From the NCBI GenBank assembly GCA_965198115.1, contig OZ240241.1, positions 7,168,001 to 7,232,000 of the forward strand: a DNA stretch of 64,000 nt. The letters run 5' to 3'. Both the position numbers and the translations under genes were made by a program. Positions 32,123-42,853 of the stretch are shown here, one piece after another (position 1 is the first letter of the stretch; each line of letters begins with the position of its first letter). The notes beneath the pieces are model-generated. The model was not told where the DNA came from and made no database searches. It worked only from the letters and a program-made list of their open reading frames with translations. The stretch comes from Candidatus Latescibacterota bacterium (GTDB lineage Bacteria > Latescibacterota > UBA2968).

Positions 32123-33258
32123 ATGTCCGATACAGCCGTGTCTCAAAATCGATGGATCGTCAATCCTGGTCGATCTCTCGTGCTTCTCCATCGGGTGGAC
32201 CGTGATTTTCCTGCTGCCCCTGATCGTTCCCGAGCTGGAGGAGGACGCGACGTTCGTGGCGGTCACGTTCTTCATCGCCCACCGATATTTCACGTTTCCG
32301 CTCGTCTACCTGGACCGTGCGGAGTATGCCCGTCGAAAATCGACTTACCTGATCGTGCCTGTGGTTTGTCTCGTCGGCGTGTGGCTCTGCTACTTCTTCC
32401 GCGTAGCAGAGCCGGAGATGTTCATCTTCTGGTCGTTTTTCAACTATTTCCATTTTGTGAAACAGAAATACGGTCTCCTCAGGATCTATTCGAGCAAGAC
32501 CAGGTGGGGGATCAAGCGTCTGGATGAGGTGGTGGTTTATGGCTGGGGCGCCGCCGGGGTGCTGCACGTCCTGGCTTTCCAGGGTGGTGTCGAAGGTCGG
32601 CTGATGTTCTATCTGTCGAGCAACCCGGCCTGGATCTATGGGATGGTGATCCTCGTGGGCGCGTTCTGGACGGTCGACGAGCTCTGGGGGTGGACGGGCG
32701 AGACAAAACGTTCGACGATCGTTGCGCTGGGTACGGTGTTCATCGTCGCCGGCAAGACCATCGGGATGTTTGCGATCGATCCCGTGACAGGGCCGACGAT
32801 GGTCACCGCCACCTACACGGCCTTCGGTGTGCTGACGCTGATCTGGCTCGTTCACGAATGCCGTGCGCCCAATGGTCCCAGCCTGCCCAAGATTCTGTTC
32901 ATGGCGGGGGTGGTGGTGATGTATGGCTACGGGCCTATCGCATCCGCGACGGCGTTCCTCATAGCAACGAGCTTCAGCCACGCTTTCGAATACTTCGCCA
33001 TCTGCGGGTTCGCCCTGCAAAACAAAGCCCAGAGCTCACGAGGCGGATGTCCCTCTTCTTTCTCTTCCGGCACGTCACATCGTCATCTACACCGTCCTGG
33101 TGATTGCCGTGATGTCGGTGTTCCACAAGGGACTGAATGCGCTCTCGCCCTACCTGTATCTCGTGTTCATTTACAGTACGTCGTTCATGCACTTTGTGTA
33201 CGATGGTATGATCTGGAAATTGCGGAGGCCGAGGGTGGCAGCAGAGGTGGGGGCGTAG
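32123..33258 (+). CDS. His-motif polytopic membrane protein, paralog 1 (two frameshifts near 32163 and 33040)
   Basis: Colinear with the intact paralog at 34774-35910 from MSDTAV to RPRVAAEVGA. The 766-aa ORF in the track is an artefactual fusion with the next gene. Confidence 0.75.
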
Positions 33259-33290
33259 ACATTGAGGATGTGGACATCGAAGATCGAACA

Positions 33291-34382
33291 ATGAGGATCG
33301 AGACTCGAGCATTGAAGGGCGTTACCGCGTGCTCGCCCGTTCGCCGCCGTAGCTCTTTCAACGATCGCGGCCGGAGTTGCGCCCTGGTGATGCTGGCGCT
33401 TGTCATCATCGCTGCCTGTCGGGAGCGGGAGATCCGGATTCACTACGAAGAAGCGGAGGCACATCGTGCCGCTGGCCGGATCGATGCGTCGATCGATCAC
33501 TATCGACAGATCCTTGTGTTGGATTCGACGGATGTGAACGCGCGAAACAACATCGGGTTTCTGCACGCCCGGATGGGCAGGACGGACAGCGCGCTGAACC
33601 ATTATCAGTTCGCGATCCGGATCGATTCGACGGTGGCCGAGGCGCACTACAACGCAGGTGTTCTGTTCGTCGCGATCGAGGCGTTCGACAGTGCACGAGC
33701 CGCCTACGAGCGGGCAGTTCGTCACGATCCACGGCACGTTCAGGCCCACAACAACCTCGGAACAGTGTTGGAACGGGGTAGACGGTTCGATGCGGCGCTC
33801 GAGCACTACGAGCAGGCGGCAGCGGTCGACTCGACATTCGTCACGGCCTGGGCCAACGTAGGACGCATCCAATTCATGATGGGGCAGATGGAGGAAGCTG
33901 CCAAAGCATACTCAAAAGCGCTGTCGCTGAAACCCGACCTGACCGAAGCGCACGCGGCCCTGGCTAGCCTCTATGTCGAATCGGGCGATCTGGACAGAGC
34001 GATTCAACAGCTGGAACGAGCAACTCGACTGGCTCCCGATTCGAGTCTCGTGAAGGACAGCCTCGTTGAAGTCCTCGCAATGCGAGAGGATCGCGATCGA
34101 CGACGAGCAGGTGGGGAGATGCGGGCTCGTCATATCGTCGTGAAGAGCGAAGAACTGGCACGTTCGCTCCTACAGAAAGTCAGATCGGGGGAAGACTTCT
34201 CCGCCCTTGCGCGGACACACTCGACCGACCCCTCGGGAAGAGCCGGTGGTGACATCGGTGCCTTCAAACCCGGAGACCTGCTGCCGGCATTCGAAGATGT
34301 GGTGAAGGGGTTGCAGCCGGGAGAGGTTGGGGAACCGCTGCGGACGGCGGTGGGGTGGCACGTCATCGAGCGCATTTACTGA
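33291..34382 (+). CDS. TPR-repeat lipoprotein with C-terminal parvulin-type peptidyl-prolyl isomerase
   Basis: Lipobox-like LVIIAAC, TPR motifs (ARNNIG, AHYNAG, AHNNLG) and parvulin motifs RARHIVV...FSALARTHSTD...GGDIG...GWHVI. Confidence 0.88.
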   Translation: MRIETRALKGVTACSPVRRRSSFNDRGRSCALVMLALVIIAACREREIRIHYEEAEAHRAAGRIDASIDHYRQILVLDSTDVNARNNIGFLHARMGRTDSALNHYQFAIRIDSTVAEAHYNAGVLFVAIEAFDSARAAYERAVRHDPRHVQAHNNLGTVLERGRRFDAALEHYEQAAAVDSTFVTAWANVGRIQFMMGQMEEAAKAYSKALSLKPDLTEAHAALASLYVESGDLDRAIQQLERATRLAPDSSLVKDSLVEVLAMREDRDRRRAGGEMRARHIVVKSEELARSLLQKVRSGEDFSALARTHSTDPSGRAGGDIGAFKPGDLLPAFEDVVKGLQPGEVGEPLRTAVGWHVIERIY

Positions 34383-34773
34383 AGAAAGGTGAGATCGCCG
34401 GGGCGGGGTAGTAACGGATTGCCTGCAGATGCCGACTGATGTTCGCGGCGCCGCGACAGACCGCGTATCCGAGTCTACATCAGTTGGGGGACTACGATTT
34501 ACGCGATGACGCCGCCTGGGGATTCGGGATCACGCTGAGATTGTGTGGGGCTTGGGAGAATGTGGGAATAGAATATCGAGAGTCGAACATTGGGGCGATG
34601 GCTTCGGGTCATCGCCATCTTTTTTGCCTGGTGTGCAGGTCGTTAGAGATGAGCCTAACCGATTAAACCAGCGAATGAAGGCGAGAACAGGCGTCTCCCT
34701 GTTGGGTGGGTGGGTGGATCTGATTACATTGGGCTGCGTTTGCGATGACCTTGAATCGAAAGTCCCTCACCGA

Positions 34774-35910
34774 ATGTCCGACACAGCTGTGACTCAAAAT
34801 CGATGGATCGTCGGTCCGCTGGTCGATCTCTCGTGCATCTCCGTTGGGTGGACCGTGTTTTTCCTGCTGCCCCTGATCGTTCCCGAACAGGTGGAGAACG
34901 CGCGCATCGTTGCGATCACGTTCTTCGTCGCCCACCGATACTTCACGTTTCCGCTCGTCTACCTGGATCGTGTGGAGTATGCCCGTCGGAAATGGACGTA
35001 CCTGATCGTGCCAGTGGTCTGCCTTGTCGGCGTGTGGCTCTGCTTCGTTTTACGAGTCGCAGAGCCGGAGATGTTCGCCTTCTGGTGGTTCTTCAACTAT
35101 TTCCATTTTGTGAGGCAGAAGTACGGACTCCTCAGGATCTATTCCGGCAAAACTAAGTGGGGGGTCAAGCGTCTGGATGAGGTGGTGGTTTACGGCTGGG
35201 GCGCCGCCGGGTTGCTCCATATGTTGGCCTACCAGGCCGAAGTCGAAGGACGGCTGATGCACTATCTGTCGAGCAACCCGGCTTGGATCTATGGAATGGT
35301 AGCCATCGTGGCGGCGGTCTGGACGATCGACGAACTCTGGGGGTGGACGGGCGAGACGAACCGGTCGACGGTCGTCGCGCTGGGTACGGTGTTCATCATC
35401 GCCGGCGTGGGCGTCGGGCTGTTTGCGATCGATCCTGTGACAGGGCGAACGATGGTCTACGTCGCCTACGCGGTCTTCGTCGCGCTGACGCTGATCTGGT
35501 TCGTTCACGAGTGCCGAGCGCCAAACGGTCCCAGCCTGCCCAAGATTCTGTTCCTGGGGTCGGTCGCTCTCCTTTACGGCTACGGGCCTATCTATTCAGC
35601 GACGGCCGTGGTCATTGCGACGAGCTTTAGCCACGCTTTTGAATACTTTGCCATCTGTGGACTTGCCGTCAAGAACAAAGCCAGGATTCACGGGACAGAT
35701 GCGCCTCTTCTCTCTGCTGCGGCACGCCACATCGTCATCTACTCTGTTCTGTTCATCGCCGTGGTGTCGGGGCTGCTCCAGGGCTTGAAGACGCTTTTGC
35801 CCCTTGCGTATTTTGTGTTCATCTACGGTACGTCGTTCACGCACTTTGTGTTCGATGGTATGATCTGGAAACTACGGAGACCGAGGGTGGCGGCAGAGGT
35901 GGGGGCTTGA
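34774..35910 (+). CDS. His-motif polytopic membrane protein, paralog 2
   Basis: Many TM helices and motifs AHRYFT, FHFVRQKYG, SHAFEY and THFVFDGMIWKLR. Confidence 0.8.
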   Translation: MSDTAVTQNRWIVGPLVDLSCISVGWTVFFLLPLIVPEQVENARIVAITFFVAHRYFTFPLVYLDRVEYARRKWTYLIVPVVCLVGVWLCFVLRVAEPEMFAFWWFFNYFHFVRQKYGLLRIYSGKTKWGVKRLDEVVVYGWGAAGLLHMLAYQAEVEGRLMHYLSSNPAWIYGMVAIVAAVWTIDELWGWTGETNRSTVVALGTVFIIAGVGVGLFAIDPVTGRTMVYVAYAVFVALTLIWFVHECRAPNGPSLPKILFLGSVALLYGYGPIYSATAVVIATSFSHAFEYFAICGLAVKNKARIHGTDAPLLSAAARHIVIYSVLFIAVVSGLLQGLKTLLPLAYFVFIYGTSFTHFVFDGMIWKLRRPRVAAEVGA

Positions 35911-36009
35911 GGATCGATATCAAGGATCGAGAGACCAACAGAAGAGGCGATGGACTCATCCATCGCCTTTCGCATTCGTATCGTACCAACGGTCGACCGC
36001 CGGCGGTAT

Positions 36010-37329
36010 CTAGTCAGCGACCACGGGTTCATCCGCGAAGTATTCAATGAGTTCATCCGTCGCTTCCAGCATCTGCCGGACGCTGTCTTCCATGAACGAA
36101 GTGAGCATATCCTCAGCGTCGTCGGTGTTGCCGTTATCGAGCAGGCGTTTACCCTCCTCGGCGATGGCATAGGCGCCGCTGAAGCACGCGCGCTGTTGCA
36201 TCGCCCATTGATTGCGGACGAGACCGACCCGATTCTCGGTGTCCTGGCGGACGAGATGAGCGAGGCGGTGAAATTGCCACCACGTGCTCTCGATGCTCGG
36301 CTGTTCGTCACCCACGCCCAGGGCGCCTGGAAGCTGGCCCTCGATGAAAATGGGTAGAAAGAGGCCGAGACACGGCGAGTAGAAGCTACACCAGTAGACA
36401 GGCAGACGTGATCCGTCGTTGCACAGATCGGCGACGAGGCTGGCGGCGGTGTTGCCGCCGGTTCCGTCTTCGTTGAAGTGAACGCAAATGCCGCCCTGGC
36501 GAATGTCAGTTTGAAAATCCTCGTCGGGCACAACTGCGTCGCTGTGATCGGACAGGGTGGCCATCATCGTCCTGGCATCGATTTGTCCCGATCGCGTGGT
36601 GAGCAGAGCGCAAGCGCGGCGCCGACGCGATGCTCCACTGCCCTCTGTACGATCGGCTTTGCTGAAGGCGTCGGCGAAGTTGAATTTTCCGCCGCTCTTC
36701 CACCAACCCTTTTCCCGGGCGATGGCTTCGGCGCCCGGCGATATCCGTTCGTAATCCGTCTCGACACTGTAGACGTTGCTGATGCCGAGTGCCCCGTCGA
36801 CGCGTTTGACGACCCATTCGTGCCCGGCCGTTTCGATGACGTAGGCTTCGTTGGGATCCGCGACGATGTATCCGTTGTCGTAGGTTCTGACGCCGGCGTC
36901 GTTTTCGAACTTACCCTGGCCGTATTCGGTGATGACGCCCGTCATCACCTCCACGGCTTCCTGAGCCGTCTTGCCGCGCTCCAGACCGAGACGCAGGACT
37001 TCCATTCCGATCAGCTTTGGTTCGGTCCAGACATCGAACTTCGACCCCAGTCCTTCGTTGCCGATGACGACCTGATGCTCGTTGAACCCGTGTTCGTAGC
37101 CCCAGCACCACCAAGGGCGTGAGCCGACGTGACGGTAGACGACTTCGGCCTCGGGAAGCGTGACGCACTGACAGTGGGTCTCCGAGTCGGTCGGTCGATC
37201 TATTCTGGCGTGGAGCTCGAGTGGTTGGCACTCGTCTGCGGGGCGATCGCTGTTTTTTGCGAAGATGGTCTGCCCTTGTATCGTCGCGGACGGGAGAGCG
37301 ACCATTGTGTCACAGGATTTATCGAACAT
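36010..37329 (-). CDS. Peptidase C69 / secernin-like dipeptidase
   Basis: Motifs CDTMVAL...FAKNSDRP, WGYEHGFNEHQVVIGNE and LRLGLERG. Confidence 0.88.
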   Translation of the reverse strand: MFDKSCDTMVALPSATIQGQTIFAKNSDRPADECQPLELHARIDRPTDSETHCQCVTLPEAEVVYRHVGSRPWWCWGYEHGFNEHQVVIGNEGLGSKFDVWTEPKLIGMEVLRLGLERGKTAQEAVEVMTGVITEYGQGKFENDAGVRTYDNGYIVADPNEAYVIETAGHEWVVKRVDGALGISNVYSVETDYERISPGAEAIAREKGWWKSGGKFNFADAFSKADRTEGSGASRRRRACALLTTRSGQIDARTMMATLSDHSDAVVPDEDFQTDIRQGGICVHFNEDGTGGNTAASLVADLCNDGSRLPVYWCSFYSPCLGLFLPIFIEGQLPGALGVGDEQPSIESTWWQFHRLAHLVRQDTENRVGLVRNQWAMQQRACFSGAYAIAEEGKRLLDNGNTDDAEDMLTSFMEDSVRQMLEATDELIEYFADEPVVAD

Positions 37330-37547
37330 CGTGAACTCCAGTGGCGGCCTGGGGCCGCCCAGCGTTCCCTTCGGGAACCAGTTGTCAGCAGAAGTGGAAA
37401 ACAGCTACTTCGCTCGGGATAGGCTCCGTCGCTATAACCACTCGATGTCGATTTCGCCTTTCGATGGAACGGAATTCGGGGTCGCCTGTCAAGATGGTGG
37501 CAGGGAGCTCGATGCCCGGTCTCGACAAGATCAACACTCGGAACTCG

Positions 37548-38843
37548 CTATTCGGCATTCGGAGATTCGGTCCGTCTTCTTTCGGGTTGTTTGCCGAACG
37601 CAAAGTTAAGCAGAGCCAGGATGAACGGAATGATCGCGAGGTAGGTGAGGACCGGCTTGTAGCTGCCCATCAGGTCTCGCGCGATACCGAACGGCATCGG
37701 ACCGAGGGCCGAACTGGCGACTCCGATGGTGGTCGTTACGCCTGTGATGGTGCCGAGATAGCGCCGACCGAAGAATCTCGCCCATACGGTGCCGCCGACG
37801 AGTGCTTGAAGACCGGTTCGAATACCCATCGCCAGGCCGATGGCGTAGGCGACCTCGACGGTCGAAATACGGGGCACGATGATCATAACGGCCGTCAACA
37901 TCAGTAAGCAGGTGCCCAGCACGAAGCGAATCTGTACTCGATCGATGATGACACCACCGGCGAGTTGGACGAGAGCACGGGTCGCTGCGATGGGCAGAAA
38001 GATGCCGGCGATGACGGTCGTGGATAATCCGTTGTCGGAGAAGATGCTGAAGAAGTGGAAGGTCATTCCCGTTCCCAGCGCGCTGATTGCGGACAGGCCT
38101 GCGATCACCAACCAGAAGGCGGGCGTACGAATCGCTTCGTTCAGCGTCCAGTTGTCTTCCTCTGGATACGCGCCATCGCTCGATTGTTCAGGGTGACCTC
38201 CGTCAGGCAGGAGCCCATAGTCTTCGGGGCGATCGTGAAAGAGGAAAAAGCTGACGGGGCCCATCACGCAGGCGACGAGGCCGCCGAGCAGTGCGTAAGC
38301 CGTCCTCCAACCGTAAATGGGGATCAGCCACTTGATGAAGCCGGGAAAGGAGCCGGTGCCCAACAGCGACGAGGCCACTCCGGTGATGCCGACGGCCATC
38401 CCGCGTTTTCGGCTCCACCACTGGTTGATGATGACGCGGCATACCATCTGCAGACAGCCCTGTCCGAGCATTCGCAGCAACCAGAATCCGATGAGCAGCA
38501 TCACCGCGTTCTGCAGGAATCCCATATAAATACACGTCAGCCCGAGCAGAAGACTGACGATGGTGGCCACGTATCGAGCACCTCGCACGTCGATCTGTCG
38601 GCCGACAAACGGCATCGCGAAACTGCCAGCGAGTGAGCCGGCCGTGTAGAGCGTGCTGACGAGAGTCCGGCTGACACCGAGATCCTGGATGAACGAATCG
38701 ATGAACGCGGATATGGCATACGTCTGGCCCGGGCTCGTCAGCACGACGCCGATCGTGGCGGCGACGAGGATGACCCAGCCGTAGAAGACGGGACTGGCTT
38801 CGATTAAGCGACTGCGACGGATGGTTGGTGTTGGGTCGGTCAA
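37548..38843 (-). CDS. MFS transporter
   Basis: About 12 TM helices; motifs FYGWVI, GRQIDVRGAR and ARFFGRRYLG. Confidence 0.9.
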   Translation of the reverse strand: MTDPTPTIRRSRLIEASPVFYGWVILVAATIGVVLTSPGQTYAISAFIDSFIQDLGVSRTLVSTLYTAGSLAGSFAMPFVGRQIDVRGARYVATIVSLLLGLTCIYMGFLQNAVMLLIGFWLLRMLGQGCLQMVCRVIINQWWSRKRGMAVGITGVASSLLGTGSFPGFIKWLIPIYGWRTAYALLGGLVACVMGPVSFFLFHDRPEDYGLLPDGGHPEQSSDGAYPEEDNWTLNEAIRTPAFWLVIAGLSAISALGTGMTFHFFSIFSDNGLSTTVIAGIFLPIAATRALVQLAGGVIIDRVQIRFVLGTCLLMLTAVMIIVPRISTVEVAYAIGLAMGIRTGLQALVGGTVWARFFGRRYLGTITGVTTTIGVASSALGPMPFGIARDLMGSYKPVLTYLAIIPFILALLNFAFGKQPERRRTESPNAE

Positions 38844-38875
38844 GTGAGATGGAACTGATTGATGAGATGAGGCAA

Positions 38876-39016
38876 TGTCACCCCGGCATGCTTCTTAGGA
38901 GCCTGTCCCGAACGAATGTGAGGGAGGGTCTATTCTTTGTTTCCGCAGGGTTCGAAGATGGATCCCCCTTCGACAGGCTCAGGACAGGCGGCTCAAAGGC
39001 GCCTGCCGGGATGACA
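38876..39016. repeat. Nested REP/MITE-like palindromic element
   Basis: Ends TGTCACCCCGGCA...TGCCGGGATGACA, with internal CCTGTCCCGAAC / CTTCGACAGGCTCAGGACAGG hairpins. Confidence 0.55.
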
Positions 39017-39049
39017 ATGCAAGAGAGTCAGAGATTCCTTTTTGAATAC

Positions 39050-40840
39050 TCAATCATTATTGGTCTCATCATCCTGCCACAGCGATCGCATCTCTTCGCA
39101 CGTGTCGAGCAGCTCGTTTAGTGAGCCGATCGCCTCGACGCGACCGTCTTTGAGGACGACGATCTGGTCGGCGCGTCTGAGAGCAGGCCGGCGATGGGAA
39201 ACGACGAGGCACGCAGCTTGACGATGCTCGAAGACTCGCTGCCAGAGGATGCGTTCGGTTTCGACGTCGAGTGCGGATGAGAGGTCGTCGAAGACGAGGA
39301 GGTCTGCCGGCCGGATGAACATTCTCGCGGCAGCCGTACGCTGGATCTGGCCGCCGGAGAGCTTGACACCACGAGGACCGACGACCGTGTCGAGGCCATT
39401 TTCGAGGGTTGGAACGTCGGTTTCCATCACGCCCTGGCGGAGGGCGTCGCCGAGGGCCTCTTCGTCGTCGGCCAAGCCCAGAAGGATGTTGTCGCGAAGC
39501 GTTTCGCTGAAGAGCCGGGGAATCTGCGGCGTGTATGCACAACGCGGTGGGACGAGGAACGACTTGGGGTCTTCGACACGTTCACCGTTCCATCGAACGA
39601 CGCCGGCATCTGCCGGGAGGGTTCCGAGGAGGGTACGAAGGAGGGTGGTCTTTCCCGCGCCGATCTGGCCGGTGATGACGGTGAACGACCCGGCTGGGAT
39701 GTGGAGATCGACGTCGCGGATCCCGTTTTCGGTGCCGGGATACACATAGGTCAGGCCGGTGATGTCGAGTTCACGAAGGTGATGGGACCCGGAGATGTCA
39801 GGCAACGCCGGGAGCGAGGGGGGGTCGTCCAGGTAGACGGGTGTTTCTTCGGATAGCCGGTCGCGCGGAATGTCGTCGATGGTTCGGGCCATTCGGAAGT
39901 AGGAAACCTCTGCGCGCTTGTGGTTGGTGAGGATCGTGCCGAGGAGCGATCCGCTGCGGGCGACCTGACCGACGTAGGTGACGAACAGGGCGAGGTCGCC
40001 GACGGTGAAGCTGCCGGTTTTCATCTTCTGGCCGACCATAATGAGAATTACGCCGGTCGCGAGATGACCCAGGTTGAAGTTGATCGAGTTGAGGACCTGA
40101 TTGAACAGGTTGTCGATGAGAGTAGATTTCCGTCGCTCGTCGTTGAGGACTCGGAAGCGGTCGATCACGTAGGATTGCGTCGTGGCCACTTTGATGGCGA
40201 GGACCGACTGGAACATCTCGTTGATAAAGTTCGTGGAGCGCTCGGTGGCGACACGCTGGGCGGTCCTGTATTTGAAGATCAGTTTCCGACACGCGTCGAC
40301 GATGATGACGACGCAGATGGCTGGGACGATCGTGATGAGGGTGATGGTGGGGTCGATGTTCGCCATATAACGGATGGCCAATACCGCGAAGATCAGGTTG
40401 CCCCAGATGTGGATGTAGCGGTTGAGGTAGTAGATGATGCCCATCACGTCGTCGCGAAATCGGTTGGTGACCTCGCCCGACGCACCGGCGATGGTCGTTG
40501 GATCGCGGACATCGAGAATGGCGGTCATCAGGTTCCGACGCAGAAGGGTTTCGATCGCGTACCACCAGCGTGGCCAGGCGAAGGCGGAACCGAATAGCGC
40601 GATGCGATCACCGATCTCAACGGCGACGTAGAGAGCGACGAGCGTGTAGGGCGTGAATCCGGCTTCGGCTTGGCCGGACAGAGCGTCGAAGAAGCCCTTC
40701 ATAATGACGCCGGCCAGAAACGGGGCGACGTCGTCGATGCCCCGGAAGAAGATGGTTGTGAGGAAGAGACCCGGTCGGAATTTGAGCAGGCGCCACGTGG
40801 TCTGGCCCATCGACATCGGCTTGGGCAGTTCCGTGGTCAA
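39050..40840 (-). CDS. ABC exporter, fused permease/ATPase subunit B
   Basis: Walker [14 protein letters not shown] and LLVFDD. TTG start overlaps the upstream TGA. Confidence 0.92.
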   Translation of the reverse strand: MTTELPKPMSMGQTTWRLLKFRPGLFLTTIFFRGIDDVAPFLAGVIMKGFFDALSGQAEAGFTPYTLVALYVAVEIGDRIALFGSAFAWPRWWYAIETLLRRNLMTAILDVRDPTTIAGASGEVTNRFRDDVMGIIYYLNRYIHIWGNLIFAVLAIRYMANIDPTITLITIVPAICVVIIVDACRKLIFKYRTAQRVATERSTNFINEMFQSVLAIKVATTQSYVIDRFRVLNDERRKSTLIDNLFNQVLNSINFNLGHLATGVILIMVGQKMKTGSFTVGDLALFVTYVGQVARSGSLLGTILTNHKRAEVSYFRMARTIDDIPRDRLSEETPVYLDDPPSLPALPDISGSHHLRELDITGLTYVYPGTENGIRDVDLHIPAGSFTVITGQIGAGKTTLLRTLLGTLPADAGVVRWNGERVEDPKSFLVPPRCAYTPQIPRLFSETLRDNILLGLADDEEALGDALRQGVMETDVPTLENGLDTVVGPRGVKLSGGQIQRTAAARMFIRPADLLVFDDLSSALDVETERILWQRVFEHRQAACLVVSHRRPALRRADQIVVLKDGRVEAIGSLNELLDTCEEMRSLWQDDETNND

Positions 40841-42615
40841 GTGATCAACTCTTCGAGACCGGCTCTCAGGAGTTGCGAGAAGTGGGACTCTAGATTCTCG
40901 ACCAGGTCCGCCCGCCGTCCAAACTCTTGGATGCGGCCGTGATCGAGGATCAGGATGTCGTCGACCTTTTCGACGGTTTCGAGGCGGTGCGCGATGATGA
41001 TGCCGGTTCGATTGTCGAGCAGGCGTTCGACTGCAAAGTTGATCTGGCGCTCGGTGGCGGGATCCAGGCGAGACGACGGTTCGTCCAGGATCACGAGACC
41101 CGGATCCTTGAGGAAGACGCGCGTGAAAGCGAGCAACTGTGCTTCGCCGGCAGAAAGGCCGCTGCTCCCCGAAGTGATCTCCGTGTTCAGGCCGTCGGCG
41201 AGACGGGCGTACCACGCGCCTAGTCCAAGCTCTTCCAGCGTGGCGATGATGCGGTCGTCGGAAACATCGGGATGGAAGAGGGCCAGGTTGTCGCGGACCG
41301 TTGCGTTGAAGAGTTGGACGTCCTGCGTGACGAGGCCGACGTGGCGACGAAGGTCTTCGAGCTTGAGCGTCTTGATGGATTGGTCGCCGATCCGGATGTC
41401 ACCGTCCTGGATGTCGTAGAGACGGAACAGAAGACGTGTCATCGTGGTTTTGCCGCTTCCCGTTCGTCCGAGGAGTCCGAGTGTTTCGCCGGGTTGGAGC
41501 GTGAACGTGACGTCGTCGAGCACCGTTTCGTCCGGGTTGTAGGCAAAGGTGACGTGGTCGAAGGTGACTCCGAGCGGATGGGAGGTGGACAGGTCCGCCT
41601 GCCCGTCGACGATCGACGTTTCGATGCGATGCAATTCTTCGATTCGCTTGAGACCTGCGGTGGCGCGCTGGAGTTCGTTGATCTGCCTGCTGAGCTGGTA
41701 GAGGGGCTCGCGCAGCATCGATGTGTAGTGAAAGACGAGATAGACGGCACCGATCGTAAAGGTGCCTTCGCGGAAGAGCCAGATGCCCATCCCCATCGCC
41801 AGCGCGTAGCCGAGTGCGAACATCACGCCCATAATGGCGCTGAGGCATTCGCTCATGAGTTCGGATCGCTTGACACGGGCGAAGACGGCGTTGTTGACTC
41901 CGTGGAACCGCTGGAGGGCATAATCGATCGCACCGTTCGTGCGAATGTCTTCAAGACCGACGAGACGTTCTTCGAGAAAGCCGTACATCCGGGCGTAGCT
42001 CTCTCGTTCGGCGGTGTAAATCGGCACGGCGATGTTCCGTGTCAGGTTCAGAACGCAAAACGCGACCACGGAAAACAGGGCTAGGGCTGCGCCGACATGC
42101 CAATCCTCTAGCGAAACGAGGATGATGACGCCGCCGAGGAAGACGACGCTGCCGATGATTTGAAGTACGAATTGGGAGAAGAAATTGGACAGCGACGTCG
42201 TGTCTCCGTCGACACGTTCGATCATCTCTCCAGGCGTGTGGTTGTGGTGGAACCCCATATCGAGGTTGAGACAGTGGTGTGCGAGGTCGTTTCGCATCTT
42301 GTTCGTTGCGCGCCAACCCACGTCCTGGCCCAGGTAAGAGCTGACGATCTGCACGCCTTGCCGACCGATGCCGATGGCGAGGAAAAACACGCCTGCCCAG
42401 ACGAGGCTGCTCAGCGCCCCACCGGCTTGTGCCGTGTCGATGAAGTAACGGATGACCTGCGGATTGAGCAGACTGAGACCGATGCCACTCGCCATACTGA
42501 CGGCGAGGAGGGCAACGCGGCTTTTGTAGGGGCTCAGATACCGAGCGAGGAGAGAAGCGTAATGACGGAGCGGTACCCGTGTGTTCGGGGGGGTGGGCTC
42601 TGGTGCGGGGTCGAT
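40837..42615 (-). CDS. ABC exporter, fused permease/ATPase subunit A
   Basis: Motifs [15 protein letters not shown] and ILDEPSS. The frame stays open upstream of ATG 42495 to a GGAGG RBS near 42622, so the start is uncertain. Confidence 0.9.
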   Translation of the reverse strand: MDPAPEPTPPNTRVPLRHYASLLARYLSPYKSRVALLAVSMASGIGLSLLNPQVIRYFIDTAQAGGALSSLVWAGVFFLAIGIGRQGVQIVSSYLGQDVGWRATNKMRNDLAHHCLNLDMGFHHNHTPGEMIERVDGDTTSLSNFFSQFVLQIIGSVVFLGGVIILVSLEDWHVGAALALFSVVAFCVLNLTRNIAVPIYTAERESYARMYGFLEERLVGLEDIRTNGAIDYALQRFHGVNNAVFARVKRSELMSECLSAIMGVMFALGYALAMGMGIWLFREGTFTIGAVYLVFHYTSMLREPLYQLSRQINELQRATAGLKRIEELHRIETSIVDGQADLSTSHPLGVTFDHVTFAYNPDETVLDDVTFTLQPGETLGLLGRTGSGKTTMTRLLFRLYDIQDGDIRIGDQSIKTLKLEDLRRHVGLVTQDVQLFNATVRDNLALFHPDVSDDRIIATLEELGLGAWYARLADGLNTEITSGSSGLSAGEAQLLAFTRVFLKDPGLVILDEPSSRLDPATERQINFAVERLLDNRTGIIIAHRLETVEKVDDILILDHGRIQEFGRRADLVENLESHFSQLLRAGLEELIT

Positions 42616-42853
42616 CAGTTGCCTCCGGACTGCGGTGAAGGGGTTGCGGTTGGCCGCGAACTCGATAGTATGTTACGCGACGCTTACTGGTGCTCTGTCA
42701 CCAAGTAGTACTCTTGCCGCCAACCCGAGCGGCGTCAGTTCGAGCGTAGTCGAGAACACGCCTACCACGTAGGGCGAATAGGGACTTCTCGACTCCGCTC
42801 GAAGTGACCCTGCCACTCCTGATTCTACAGGCGATTTTGGTAACACCCCACTA

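Noticed and set aside
32082-34382. 766-aa membrane-TPR-PPIase fusion protein
   Set aside because: Comparison with the paralog at 34774-35910 shows that a frameshift near 33040 artificially joins two genes.
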